Part shown: piece after piece, positions 7,022-16,900 of the stretch | Layout: each line of letters begins with the position of its first letter | How positions within the stretch are numbered: the first letter of the stretch is position 1 | From: Candidatus Nomurabacteria bacterium | Lineage (GTDB): Bacteria; Patescibacteriota; Minisyncoccia; Phycocordibacterales; UBA918 | Assembly (NCBI GenBank): GCA_020632015.1 | Contig: JACKGI010000004.1 | Span: 1-59,852, forward strand | DNA length: 59,852 nucleotides | Reading direction: 5' to 3' | Translations under genes and position numbers: made by a program | Notes under the pieces: generated by a model | What the model saw: the letters and a program-made list of their open reading frames with translations, nothing else | What the model was told of the DNA's origin: nothing | The model's database searches: none

Positions 7022-7945
7022 TTATTTTGTTTTTAGTGCGATGTAGATATCTTCTAGTGCACGCACACCGTCACCGGCTGAGATGTTGTTTTGGTGATAC
7101 TTAACATTCGTACAATCTCCAGCAGCCCAAATATTTTCAGCTGAGGTTTTTTGAGTCCAAGGATCAATTTTAATACGATTGTATTCATCCTTCTCAACTA
7201 TCCCTTCAGCAAAATCAGTGTTAGGAATCATTCCAATTTCTACAAAGATTCCGGTTACTGGAAGTATTTTTTCTTCATTAGTTTCTGTATCTAGATACTT
7301 GAGACCATTCACAAATCCGCCAGCCATCACTTCTTTTGTTTCTGAATTTAGGATTCCAGTCATGTTTTCATGAGATAAAACTTTTTCGACTGTAACTGGG
7401 TCAGCCTTAAATCTATCTCCTCTTTGGAGTAGGGTTACGCTCTTGGCGTAGGCGAGAAGCTGAGCAGCTGTTTCGAAGCCAGCGTTACCACCTCCGATTA
7501 CCGCAACGTCTTGTCCAGCAAAAATAGGTCCGTCACAGCTTGCACAGTATGTTACTCCCTTGTGTTCAAACTCTTCTGCACCAGGGATATCGAGACGACG
7601 TCGTCCAGAACCAGAAGCAATCAAGACTGCTCGTCCTTCATGCGTACTGTCATCACTCAGGGTAACTGAATATCCGCCGTCTATCTTATTTAGTTTTGAA
7701 GCAACCTGTCCTGAGATAATCTCTACATGTTCATTTGCGTAGGCTTCCAGATGACCTTTTAGATCGTCTGCCAGCTTATTACCTGCAATAGATGGGGTGC
7801 CAATCCAGTTTTGAATATCAGTAGATACCGTGCTTTGTCCGCCCCATTCCTTAGTAATAAATAAAGTTTTAAGTTGCTTTCGTGATGCATATACACCAGC
7901 TGATATTCCAGCTGGCCCGCCTCCAATGATGATTAAGTCGTACAT
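7022..7945 (-). CDS. trxB: thioredoxin-disulfide reductase
   Basis: GGGPAG FAD motif, redox-active CASC, GGGNAG NADPH motif, 307 aa. Confidence 0.93.
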   Translation of the reverse strand: MYDLIIIGGGPAGISAGVYASRKQLKTLFITKEWGGQSTVSTDIQNWIGTPSIAGNKLADDLKGHLEAYANEHVEIISGQVASKLNKIDGGYSVTLSDDSTHEGRAVLIASGSGRRRLDIPGAEEFEHKGVTYCASCDGPIFAGQDVAVIGGGNAGFETAAQLLAYAKSVTLLQRGDRFKADPVTVEKVLSHENMTGILNSETKEVMAGGFVNGLKYLDTETNEEKILPVTGIFVEIGMIPNTDFAEGIVEKDEYNRIKIDPWTQKTSAENIWAAGDCTNVKYHQNNISAGDGVRALEDIYIALKTK

Positions 7946-8021
7946 AACAATTAGTTCAATCAGAATTTAAAATTATAGTGTGACTAGAATACCATAACTC
8001 TTTAATCAATCATATTGTAAA

Positions 8022-8056
8022 AATAAAGACCGCCAGCTTCGCTGGCGGTCTTTATT
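8022..8056. terminator. intrinsic terminator downstream of ftsZ
   Basis: AATAAAGACCGCCAGC-TTC-GCTGGCGGTCTTTATT. Shares the same 12-bp stem arm AAGACCGCCAGC (24 of 27 hairpin positions identical) with the trxB terminator. Confidence 0.7.
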
Positions 8057-8067
8057 GAGAAGTTGTC

Positions 8068-9318
8068 TTATTTTAGTTTACTTCGTCTTAGAAACGCTGG
8101 AACTGCGCCCCAGTCATCATCATCGTCTGTGTCGTCGGCTGGGTCTACTGGCTTAGGGTCTCTTTTGGGTGGTTCCACATCTGTGGCTTTGGCTGTAGAG
8201 TTTGCTGTTACTTCAGGAGCTTTTGGCGCTTCGGTCTTTTTAGGTAATGAATTAAATATCTTACCTCGACTTACTACTGGTTCAGAATCAGAGTCTTCTT
8301 TGATTGATTCCTGAACAGATGGTGCTCGTCTGGCTATATTGTAGTTACCTTCATTTTCTGATTCTTCAGGGAACCCAGTAGCAATGACTGTAACCTTAAG
8401 TTCATTCTTTTTAAGCTTTTCGTCCTTGATTGCCCCAAAGATAACTCTAGCTTGAGGGTCGATTGACTCGGTAATAACTCTAGCTGCGTCTTGGATTTCT
8501 AACATTCCTAAGTCTTCTCCTCCAGCGATTGCGAACAATACACCCTTTGCTCCGGTAATAGATACTTCAAGTAGCGGGGAATTGATAGCAGCTCGAGCTG
8601 CTTCTTCTGCTCGTTTCTCTCCAGATGAAATACCGACTCCCATAAGTGCTGAACCTGCGTTTTCCATAACACTACGGATGTCAGCAAAGTCAACGTTGAT
8701 AATACCCGGCATTGTAATCAGGTCAGAGATTCCTTCGACAGCTTGCTTAAGGATGTTGTCACATTGTTCAAAAGCACTCTGAACAGTTGTTTCTTTATCA
8801 ACAATAGCTAGTAGGCGATCGTTTGGAACAATAATTAGAGCGTCAACTTCATTCTTAAGTTCTTCGATTCCAGCCAAAGCTAGTCGCATTCTTTCTTGTC
8901 CTTCGAACAGGAAGGGCTTGGTCACTACTCCAACAGTAAGCGCTCCACTTTCTCGAGCGATTTTTGCTACTACTGGTGCTGATCCTGTTCCGGTTCCTCC
9001 ACCCATACCTCCTGTGATGAAGATCATGTCAGAACCTTTGATAGAGTTTGAGATTTCTTCTCTAGTTTCTTCAGCTGCTCGTCTTCCCATGTCAGGATTT
9101 CCTCCAGCTCCTAGTCCACGTGTAAGATTCTTACCAATGTGAATTTTTTTCTTAGCTAATGAGTGGTGCAAGTCCTGCGCATCACTGTTAATAGCAATAA
9201 ACTCAACACCACGTACTTTAGATGACACCATGTGATTCACGGCGTTCTTTCCTGAACCTCCTACACCAACCACGCGGATTCGTGCGAATGATTCAACATC
9301 TGTTCTTATTTGTTCCAT
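8068..9318 (-). CDS. ftsZ: cell division protein FtsZ
   Basis: [11 protein letters not shown] and the tubulin signature GGGTGTGS, plus the C-terminal peptide VPAFLRR. The ATG at 9318 gives a canonical N-terminus; the ORF is open up to a GTG at 9393. Confidence 0.95.
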   Translation of the reverse strand: MEQIRTDVESFARIRVVGVGGSGKNAVNHMVSSKVRGVEFIAINSDAQDLHHSLAKKKIHIGKNLTRGLGAGGNPDMGRRAAEETREEISNSIKGSDMIFITGGMGGGTGTGSAPVVAKIARESGALTVGVVTKPFLFEGQERMRLALAGIEELKNEVDALIIVPNDRLLAIVDKETTVQSAFEQCDNILKQAVEGISDLITMPGIINVDFADIRSVMENAGSALMGVGISSGEKRAEEAARAAINSPLLEVSITGAKGVLFAIAGGEDLGMLEIQDAARVITESIDPQARVIFGAIKDEKLKKNELKVTVIATGFPEESENEGNYNIARRAPSVQESIKEDSDSEPVVSRGKIFNSLPKKTEAPKAPEVTANSTAKATDVEPPKRDPKPVDPADDTDDDDDWGAVPAFLRRSKLK

Positions 9319-9459
9319 ACCGAATTTAATTTGTGTCTTTGTTCGCGACCCACCCCTGAGTACGAATTTCTTAATAACTTGTACATCATACACGCGTTAA
9401 AAATATCTGTCACGATATTGACAGATTTGAGAAGTGTATCATTGACAATATTCAAAAAA

Positions 9460-10629
9460 CTATGGAAGAAACTGGCTAAACCACGAAAGTATATTGCGTC
9501 GAGTGTGTTTAACAATACCTAGTGCAGATGTTTCCTCAGCATCACTCGCACCCCACATACAAAGGCCATAAGCGACAGCCCAAGAAGCGTCTCTGATTTT
9601 AATGTTCTTACCAATATCCAAAGTAGCTGTTCGAGCAGGCAGTTCGAGTGTTGATTTTGCAACCTCCACAGTTCCGTTTACGCTAGCTCCACCGCCAGTC
9701 AGAATGACTCCAGCAGGTAATAATCCATCACGCTTAATTTTTTTCAGATGCCCATCGATAAGACCAAAAATCATTTTTAGTCTATCTTGAATAATCTCGT
9801 CCAGCTTCTTCTTTGAGTAGGTGGCGCTGTTCATTGCACCTCGTTTAATCTTCTCAGCATCTTCTAAAGGTACTCGCAGTCCGAGAGCAATGTCGTTGGT
9901 TATATCATTTGAACCAACTGGGAATATTTTTAGAGAGATAGGAGTAGAGTCTTCAAAGACGACAATTGAAGTTGTTTCTGCTCCTATGTTGGTCAGAATG
10001 CAACCGGCACGTTTTTGTGCCTTGGAGAGCATGACAAAACTGGCAGCGAGAGGAGAGGCGATGACGTCTTCAACAAACACCCCAATACCTTCGATTGTTC
10101 TGATTAGGTCGTTGACGTGCTGTTCGTAGGTTGTAATGAAAAGGCTGTCCACCTCTAATTTGGTACCTTTCAGTCCTTGTGGACGCCCTAGAACCTCCGT
10201 ACCGTCAATCAGGTGACGTAGCGGTATGCTGTGCAAAATGCGCCGATTTGGAATATGGTCCATTATTCGCTCTTCGCTATCCGACATGACTTTCTCTAAG
10301 TCTGAGCTGATTATCTCAGAATCAGCTCGTGAAGGTATTATTTCACCATGTGAGTAAACTTCCTCCAAACCGATACTTCCGATGGCGACATGGGCTTTTT
10401 TGATAGAAATTTTAGCGCTTTTTTCTGCTTGGGTAATAGCACTCTTAATGCTTCTGGCTACTTCTGTCTCGTTCATTATGTAGCCACTTTTAAGACCGCG
10501 ACTTTCAGCTAGTCCAGTACCGATTATCTCTGGCTTGGCATTTGTACCAGCATTTTTTGGGATACGAGCAACAGCCACTTTTACGTGGTAAGTTCCTACA
10601 TCGATTCCGGTAATAATATGCACAGACAT
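9460..10629 (-). CDS. ftsA: cell division protein FtsA
   Basis: Actin-like ATPase motifs IITGIDVGT and ILTGGGA. Immediately upstream of ftsZ. Confidence 0.9.
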   Translation of the reverse strand: MSVHIITGIDVGTYHVKVAVARIPKNAGTNAKPEIIGTGLAESRGLKSGYIMNETEVARSIKSAITQAEKSAKISIKKAHVAIGSIGLEEVYSHGEIIPSRADSEIISSDLEKVMSDSEERIMDHIPNRRILHSIPLRHLIDGTEVLGRPQGLKGTKLEVDSLFITTYEQHVNDLIRTIEGIGVFVEDVIASPLAASFVMLSKAQKRAGCILTNIGAETTSIVVFEDSTPISLKIFPVGSNDITNDIALGLRVPLEDAEKIKRGAMNSATYSKKKLDEIIQDRLKMIFGLIDGHLKKIKRDGLLPAGVILTGGGASVNGTVEVAKSTLELPARTATLDIGKNIKIRDASWAVAYGLCMWGASDAEETSALGIVKHTRRNILSWFSQFLP

Positions 10630-10631
10630 GA

Positions 10632-11015
10632 CTATTTAATATTGAAAGCATTAAGATATTTACGTTCCAACTTATCCATTGTATCGCCATGATCATGTCC
10701 TTTCAAATGAAGTAATCCATGAATAAACAAAAAAGCTATGTAGCCATTGTGGGTGAGGTTAAACTTTTTTGCTTCAGCTACAGCTGTATCAGGGCAAATG
10801 ATTATTTCACCCTCTGTATCAGTAAGAGGAAAAGAAAGGACATTGGGGGAGTAGGTCTTGTTTCGTGATTGTTTGTTGATTGTAGCGGCTCTTTTCTTAC
10901 CAACAAATACTAAAGATAGGTTGTAGTTTTTACCAAGCACCTTTTCCTTAATCACCTCATAAGGAAGGCGTTTCGGGTATTTCTTGATTGTGCTGGTTAT
11001 AGTAAAAGTACTCAT
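10632..11015 (-). CDS. ybeY: rRNA maturation endoribonuclease YbeY
   Basis: Zinc motif HGLLHLKGHDH. The longer ORF start (11048) would run into the rpsU terminator hairpin. Confidence 0.85.
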   Translation of the reverse strand: MSTFTITSTIKKYPKRLPYEVIKEKVLGKNYNLSLVFVGKKRAATINKQSRNKTYSPNVLSFPLTDTEGEIIICPDTAVAEAKKFNLTHNGYIAFLFIHGLLHLKGHDHGDTMDKLERKYLNAFNIK

Positions 11016-11047
11016 TAGTAGGTGCATTATACATTGCTTGTAAAGCA

Positions 11048-11077
11048 AAAACAGCCGGTACTGTGTACCGGCTGTTT
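11048..11077 (-). terminator. intrinsic terminator after rpsU
   Basis: AAACAGCCGGTAC-TGT-GTACCGGCTGTTT, followed by a T-run on the minus strand. Confidence 0.6.
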
Positions 11078-11088
11078 AAATTTGTGGA

Positions 11089-11334
11089 TTAACGACGACG
11101 TCCGCGGAATTCTTGAATTTTACCAAGCTTTACTTGCTTTTCGTACACTTCTCGCTTCATAAGCTTTTTGAGCTTTGCTGTGCGTTGTACGTTGTTGCTT
11201 TTAGTGCGTGTGAAATATCTTCCACCTCGTACTTTTGGTACGATTCCAGCACCCTGCATACGCTTAGTAAAACGACGAATTACGTTCGCGCTACTTTCGT
11301 TGTTATTCTTTTCAACTTGAACATTAATTGCCAT
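11089..11334 (-). CDS. rpsU: 30S ribosomal protein S21
   Basis: Small basic protein MAINVQVEKNN...IRRFTKR...RGRRR with S21-like length and composition. Confidence 0.75.
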   Translation of the reverse strand: MAINVQVEKNNNESSANVIRRFTKRMQGAGIVPKVRGGRYFTRTKSNNVQRTAKLKKLMKREVYEKQVKLGKIQEFRGRRR

Positions 11335-11377
11335 ATGTCGGGAGAGCATACCACCTTAGGGCATATGGCGCAAGCGT

Positions 11378-12547
11378 TTAGGCGACTAGTGATGACTTAC
11401 GCTTCAGTCTTCTAATAAGGGTTTCGTGGTCAATGTATTCTTGGTTTCTAACACCCATATCACGAAAGATAACGGTATTCTCGACAAATTCCTTTTGACC
11501 AATGATTAAAGTGTATTTTACACCCTTTGATTCTGCTTCTCTGAGTTGAGTAGAAAGTGAGTCGCTGGCTAGGTTGTGATGTACCGGAATCCCAGCTTGA
11601 CGCAAAGTATCAATAAGCATAAGACTTTTGATTTTTGGACCAAAACCAAGCTGTACCACATAAACTGATGGTTTCTTAATCTTTGACTTAGGTGATCTTG
11701 CAGGAGCTTTACTGTTTTTTAAGACAACCACCGCACCAACAGCTGGAGTACGTGTACGGGTGGTTCGGTAGACAAATTCATCAAAGCGTCCACCTCGTGC
11801 TGATATAGGTGCTGGTTCTTCTCCTTCTTCTTGATTTATATCTAATGAAAAGATAGCGTCTGAGTAGCATTCATGGTGACCGAGCATTTTAGGGTCGATT
11901 TCGTAAGGAGTTTCGCTCATGTCGAGGAATTCAATGATTTCACGGAAATGCTTTCGACTCGGGTCGCTCAGGTATTCTAGTGGGTTAGGGCTACGAAAAG
12001 CCAATTCATGATTTATGTCCACCAAGTGAGTCAAAGCGCTAAGAGAATGCTCTTTCATCAGCTCACGAGCTGCTGGAGGCATTGTATCTAGTCTTTTCTT
12101 AAGGAAATTATTTAGCTCACGACTGTATCGAGTCAATGAGTCTGAGTCGCCCAAGGAGTTGATTCTGACAGTATGATTACTAAAGCCTAGGTCGTTAGCC
12201 AGAGCACGAGTAGCGTGAATAAGTATAGCTTCAGCAATACTTCGTTCAACATTAAAAATATGGAAAGTAACAGCGCTTTCACCAGTGCGCGGTACTTGGT
12301 CCGCTGAATAGAGAAGAACAGGTCGTTCCAAAGCATGAAGCTTCTCGTCACAATAGGTGGCAATGGCAGAGCTTAAAAGGCCAGCGTGATTGTCCAACTT
12401 TTTGTTTGTGCCTGTCACAGTGTGAGGCATTGCTACTTCACACTTTTTACACTCAGGATTTTTCCGTAGCTGGTCGACAGTCTGAAAGCCGAAGTGTTCA
12501 GCTGTGTTGTTTGCGACCTTTAGAAATTCCGTTGGTGAAAGTGACAT
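11378..12547 (-). CDS. hisS: histidyl-tRNA synthetase-like class II aaRS (divergent)
   Basis: Motif-3-like ARGGRFDEF...PAVGAVV, motif-2-like TFHIFNVE, and a C-terminal HGTP-type anticodon-binding domain (VYVVQLG...KYTLIIGQKE). The motif 2 arginines are not obvious. Confidence 0.6.
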   Translation of the reverse strand: MSLSPTEFLKVANNTAEHFGFQTVDQLRKNPECKKCEVAMPHTVTGTNKKLDNHAGLLSSAIATYCDEKLHALERPVLLYSADQVPRTGESAVTFHIFNVERSIAEAILIHATRALANDLGFSNHTVRINSLGDSDSLTRYSRELNNFLKKRLDTMPPAARELMKEHSLSALTHLVDINHELAFRSPNPLEYLSDPSRKHFREIIEFLDMSETPYEIDPKMLGHHECYSDAIFSLDINQEEGEEPAPISARGGRFDEFVYRTTRTRTPAVGAVVVLKNSKAPARSPKSKIKKPSVYVVQLGFGPKIKSLMLIDTLRQAGIPVHHNLASDSLSTQLREAESKGVKYTLIIGQKEFVENTVIFRDMGVRNQEYIDHETLIRRLKRKSSLVA

Positions 12548-12563
12548 AAATATTTTTTAATGA

Positions 12564-13205
12564 CTAATTTGTAACGGTGCTTAGATTTGTTCCATTCGTA
12601 ATATCGATTGCTCCGGGTAAATATGAAATCTCGTCTGGTGGAAATAATCTAATTAATGCTCGCCCGATAATTCTTTCTTCTTGGAGGACCCCCCAACTTC
12701 TTGAGTCAGAGCTTTGATCGCGATTGTCTCCCATGACGAAGTATTCTCGTTCCCCGAGAATTTCACTGAAAGGTGCTGCCGGTTGCATGGACTTGATATA
12801 TGGTTCGTCTAATGCAAAACCGTCTGGATTTTCGGCATTTGTAATGGTCACAGTGCTGTTTTCTATAGTGATGGTGTCTCCCGGTAGGCCAATGACCCTT
12901 TTAATGAAGAATTTAGAAGGGTCTTTAGGGTAACGAAACACAATAACATCACCACGGCTAGGATTCTCAAAGTGGTAGGTTACTTGGTCTACAATTAAGT
13001 ATTCGCCACTATGAAAAGTATCATCCATCGATGCTCCAGATACAATAAATGGCTGAGCGATGAACATTCTAATCGGAATAACGATAAGAATTGCAATGAT
13101 AGAGAAGCGAACTATTTCCGTTAATGGATGTTCAACTTTTTGGTCCTCAAAATTCTCTGTGGATGACGATTCTTTAAGAACTTTATTGTTTGAGAATAGT
13201 GACAT
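12564..13205 (-). CDS. lepB: signal peptidase I
   Basis: SGASM (Ser box), KRVIGLPGD (Lys box), GDNRDQSSDSR, N-terminal TM anchor. Confidence 0.9.
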   Translation of the reverse strand: MSLFSNNKVLKESSSTENFEDQKVEHPLTEIVRFSIIAILIVIPIRMFIAQPFIVSGASMDDTFHSGEYLIVDQVTYHFENPSRGDVIVFRYPKDPSKFFIKRVIGLPGDTITIENSTVTITNAENPDGFALDEPYIKSMQPAAPFSEILGEREYFVMGDNRDQSSDSRSWGVLQEERIIGRALIRLFPPDEISYLPGAIDITNGTNLSTVTN

Positions 13206-13373
13206 AGGACTAATTAATCACTAGTATACGAAATTTTTAAACTAAAAACAAATTTCCCAAAATACGTGTAGGTTTGTGTTTAGTAACTGCAGTTTAGGGT
13301 TTCTTGAAAGAATATGAGTGTTATCAAGTGGTTAGGAGAAGAGCGGTTTCTGTGTAATAAATACTAGCAATTT

Positions 13374-14585
13374 ATGGTTGCTGAACTAGAAAAAAGACTC
13401 AGGTCAAATATTTGGAAGTACACAGTGATGGGAGTCGTAAACAAACGAATCTTCGCTGCTATCATCAGTGTATATTATCTGACTATTCCTGACGTAACCG
13501 TCCAGACGGTCGGACTTATTTTGTTAGTGGGGAATGTAGTCTCTTTTTTTCTAGAAATACCGAGTGGTTATATTTCAGACAAGCTTGGTCATAAGCAGAC
13601 TCTTGTTATGTCTAGTATTCTGATGGTCTGCTCTACGATTTTGTTTTTGTTTGCAAATAGTGTCACTTTTTTAATGTTGGCTTCTACTATTATGTGTGCT
13701 AGTTGGGCATTTAAGAGTGGTACAGGAAGTGCCTTTATGCACGAAACTCTACGAGCTCTAAATATAGAACACGAATACAGCCGGATAATGGGAAAAGTGT
13801 CAGCGATCGGGTTTTCCGTACCGATTATACTCACGGTGTTGGTGCCGTTTTTGGTTAGTATTAGTTACAAAGTACCTTTTCTGATAGCTCTGATTATGGA
13901 CGTAATCGGTTTATTTGTAGTTTTTAGTCTAGTCGTACCACCTGTCACTCCAGAGCACGTTAAAGAAGTTGGGATTACCAATTTTAAGCAAGTTATGAAA
14001 GAAGCTTACCGTCTCAATTTTTTCAGTGTCGTTTTGTTGTCGGCCTTTATTGGGGCTACCGCTACAAGTTTTTCTATGTTTAGGGCTCCGTATCAAGAAT
14101 TTGTTGGAATATCAGTTATTTGGTTCGGGGTACTGTTTGGTTTAGGTCGAGGGCTAGCCTCTCTGATGCTGGCTTATAGTGGAAGAATTAAAAATGTTCT
14201 AACTTTACCTTCTTTTTATCTTTGGCAGATATTCTTGTTTGGGGTTTTGTATTTGATTGCGTGGTCAATAGATAGTTGGTTAGTGGTGGCAGTAGTGTTT
14301 GTTTTGGCAAATGCCATTCAGTGGGGATTTTCTAAAATAGATGAAGGATACCAACTACAGATTATTAGTGGTAGCAAGTTCAAAGCAACTTTATTATCAG
14401 TCTATTCTCAACTTAAGTCTCTTATTTCTGGTGCTATCAGTTTTGTCTTAGGTACTTTGATTTTACATTTTTCATATCAAAAAAGCTTCTTAATTCTGGG
14501 CATATTTTTTATTATAGTTTCATTTTCAATGTACTGGTACATAATAAAGAAACACGAGGCAGGAGACTACGGTAGAGATGTTTAA
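13374..14585 (+). CDS. MFS-type transporter
   Basis: 403 aa with about 12 hydrophobic segments and a GYISDKLGHK loop after TM2. Confidence 0.75.
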   Translation: MVAELEKRLRSNIWKYTVMGVVNKRIFAAIISVYYLTIPDVTVQTVGLILLVGNVVSFFLEIPSGYISDKLGHKQTLVMSSILMVCSTILFLFANSVTFLMLASTIMCASWAFKSGTGSAFMHETLRALNIEHEYSRIMGKVSAIGFSVPIILTVLVPFLVSISYKVPFLIALIMDVIGLFVVFSLVVPPVTPEHVKEVGITNFKQVMKEAYRLNFFSVVLLSAFIGATATSFSMFRAPYQEFVGISVIWFGVLFGLGRGLASLMLAYSGRIKNVLTLPSFYLWQIFLFGVLYLIAWSIDSWLVVAVVFVLANAIQWGFSKIDEGYQLQIISGSKFKATLLSVYSQLKSLISGAISFVLGTLILHFSYQKSFLILGIFFIIVSFSMYWYIIKKHEAGDYGRDV

Positions 14586-14606
14586 CGTGTATTATGGTTT
14601 AATTAG

Positions 14607-15200
14607 TTGAATATGTATTACATCGTAGGCCTTGGAAACCCTGGAGAAAAGTATAGCAACACTAGACATAATGTCGGCTGGCTGGCACTTGACTATTTCC
14701 TAGTGGAAAACCAATTACCAGCTTTTGTAAGCTCAAAGCAATTTTCCGGAAAGGTTACGGAAGGGGTTGTTGCGGAGAGTGAGGTAAAGGTTCTTTATCC
14801 AGATACATATATGAATAACTCAGGGAGTGCAGTGGTAAAGTTTGTCCCAAAGGATGACATCTCAAAACTTATTGTAGTCCATGATGATATTGATCTACCG
14901 TTTGGTGAAGTAAAGATTGGTAAAGGTAGGGGAGCAGGAGGCAATAATGGCGTGCAATCAATTATCGAAAAGCTCGATTCTCGAGATTTTGTGCGGGTAA
15001 GGATAGGTATTGCTCCGAAGAGTTTGTGGAGTGGAGAGATTAAACGGCCCGCCGGAGGCGGGCCGTTAGAGCGATTTGTTCTGAAACCGTTTGGTTTGCT
15101 GGAGAAAAAAGATTTGCCTGAGCTCTATAAAAAGGTTCAGTTAGCCATTGAGCTAATTATTTCCGAAGGGGTGGAGAAGGCCATGAATAAGGTTAATTAA
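14607..15200 (+). CDS. pth: peptidyl-tRNA hydrolase
   Basis: GLGNPGEKYSNTRHNVGW signature. Starts at TTG 14607 or ATG 14613. Confidence 0.92.
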   Translation: MNMYYIVGLGNPGEKYSNTRHNVGWLALDYFLVENQLPAFVSSKQFSGKVTEGVVAESEVKVLYPDTYMNNSGSAVVKFVPKDDISKLIVVHDDIDLPFGEVKIGKGRGAGGNNGVQSIIEKLDSRDFVRVRIGIAPKSLWSGEIKRPAGGGPLERFVLKPFGLLEKKDLPELYKKVQLAIELIISEGVEKAMNKVN

Positions 15201-15224
15201 ATAGCTTTATATATTAAAAATATA

Positions 15225-15251
15225 AGCTCCGTAGCATTGCGCCACGGAGCT
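15225..15251 (+). terminator. intrinsic terminator after pth
   Basis: AGCTCCGT-loop-ACGGAGCT followed by TAGTTTT. Confidence 0.6.
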
Positions 15252-15282
15252 AGTTTTCTATACGTCCCAAGGTGAACCCCTC

Positions 15283-15465
15283 TTAGTTTTTTGAAAGGCG
15301 TTCTTGCCTGCCTTTGAGGGCGGCCAAGAACATCGGTGACAATAAGAGCAGCACTCCGGCCAGAAACAAGAATGATCCCCAAAGTGGCACTGCGTCTATT
15401 ATCAGGCCTGCGTAGAAGCCGATAATCAATGCTACCGAAAGTCTCCAAAACTTATTGTAGTCCAT
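15283..15465 (-). CDS. small membrane protein (60 aa)
   Basis: The ATG at 15465 is preceded by a GGAGGA RBS at 8 nt. Two hydrophobic helices. The longer 100-aa ORF version lacks an RBS. Confidence 0.5.
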   Translation of the reverse strand: MDYNKFWRLSVALIIGFYAGLIIDAVPLWGSFLFLAGVLLLLSPMFLAALKGRQERLSKN

Positions 15466-15550
15466 GACAAATCCTCCAATTTGGTTTTTGTCACTTAATA
15501 TAATAGCACAAAAAAGGTGTTTTGGCAAGTAAGTTGGGGATAATACAAGA

Positions 15551-15578
15551 AAAGAGTCGGCCTTCTGGCCGACTCTTT
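15551..15578 (-). terminator. intrinsic terminator after rpsA
   Basis: AAAGAGTCGGCC-TTCT-GGCCGACTCTTT with a T-run on the minus strand. Confidence 0.6.
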
Positions 15579-15600
15579 CTTTCACTTATTAGTGTCTTAT

Positions 15601-16713
15601 TTAGGCTACGTCTTTAATAGACAAAGTCATCTTTTGTTCATTTGGTTCAAAAAGAGTGATTTTGAACTTGTAAACATTTCCAAGAGACAAAGCAGCTTTT
15701 AGTTTTTCTTCAGTTTCAAATTCTGAAACGTGAACTAGACCAGCTACACCTTCTTCGATAGAAGCTAGAGCTCCGTGCTTGTTGTACTTGATAACAACAC
15801 CGTCAACGATTTGGTCTTTCTTGTACTTCTTTGAAGCAGAAACCCATGGGTTTTCTTTAAGTTGCTTGATAGAAAGTGAAATCTTGTCATCCTTAACTTC
15901 AATCACCTTAACATCAACTGGGTCACCTACTTTGTAAAGTGCCTTTGTGTCTTCAACTAGACCCCAATCTAGTTCAGAGATATGAACAAGACCTTCAAGT
16001 CCTGGTTCAAGTTTTACGAATACACCGAAGTCTACGGCGCCAGTAACCTCACCCTTGATGACGTTACCAACTTCATACTTGTTAACCTTTTCTTCTTTCT
16101 CTTCCTTTTCTTGTAGTCCCTTTTCAGAGAAGATTAGCTTGTGTTCCTTAGGATCAGCTGTAATCATTACTACTGATAGATGTTTACCAACTAGTTCGTT
16201 TAGAGCAGTAAGGATTTTGTCCTTATCTCCATCTGATACTCGTGGGTAGTTCTCAGATGAAAGTTGAGAAGCTGGAAGGAATCCCTGAACTCCTTGCCAG
16301 TCGATGATAAGTCCACCCTTGTTGGCTTCCTTAACTTCAAGGCTAAGAATTGTTCCTTTCTTAACTGCTTCTTCGGCATCAGCCCAAATAAGAGCCTGAC
16401 GAGCTTCCTTAAGAGAAAGTTCGATGTAACCATCTTCGTTTTCTGACATTACTACCTTTGAGGCAATAGTGTCTCCAACGTGAACTTTTCGTAGAATGTC
16501 TCGAGCATTCATGTATTCACGTCCGTAGATAAGACCTGTACCAAATGGTGCGATATCGATATAAACTCGAGCTCGTCCAATAGCTGATACGATTCCTTCT
16601 ACAATATCTCCTTCTTGGGGAGCGGCTGGTGTTTCGGCCAAATACTTGTCCATCACGCCAGTTGCAACAGCGGTGTTTGACTCGCTGTCGTTAGATTTTC
16701 CAAATCCAAACAT
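15601..16713 (-). CDS. rpsA: 30S ribosomal protein S1
   Basis: Four S1 OB-fold repeats, e.g. GEVTGAVDFGVFVKLEPGLEGLVHISE. Confidence 0.9.
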   Translation of the reverse strand: MFGFGKSNDSESNTAVATGVMDKYLAETPAAPQEGDIVEGIVSAIGRARVYIDIAPFGTGLIYGREYMNARDILRKVHVGDTIASKVVMSENEDGYIELSLKEARQALIWADAEEAVKKGTILSLEVKEANKGGLIIDWQGVQGFLPASQLSSENYPRVSDGDKDKILTALNELVGKHLSVVMITADPKEHKLIFSEKGLQEKEEKEEKVNKYEVGNVIKGEVTGAVDFGVFVKLEPGLEGLVHISELDWGLVEDTKALYKVGDPVDVKVIEVKDDKISLSIKQLKENPWVSASKKYKKDQIVDGVVIKYNKHGALASIEEGVAGLVHVSEFETEEKLKAALSLGNVYKFKITLFEPNEQKMTLSIKDVA

Positions 16714-16763
16714 TTTATTATTTTATTATTCCGACGACACGCGTCTCTGTAACCATTTCTCGA

Positions 16764-16795
16764 GGTGGAAAATTTTCTTAAGAAAATTTTCCACC
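16764..16795. repeat. perfect 32-bp palindrome GGTGGAAAATTTTCTTAAGAAAATTTTCCACC
   Basis: Self-complementary over all 32 bp. Lies 51 nt upstream of the rpsA start codon. Confidence 0.7.
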
Positions 16796-16900
16796 GGCCA
16801 TACCCATATACAGAGGGTTAAACGTGTGTCGCTAGAAACTATTAATTACCTTTTAGGTGGCGACAATATAATATATATGTGTACTTTTGTCTATGTAAAA

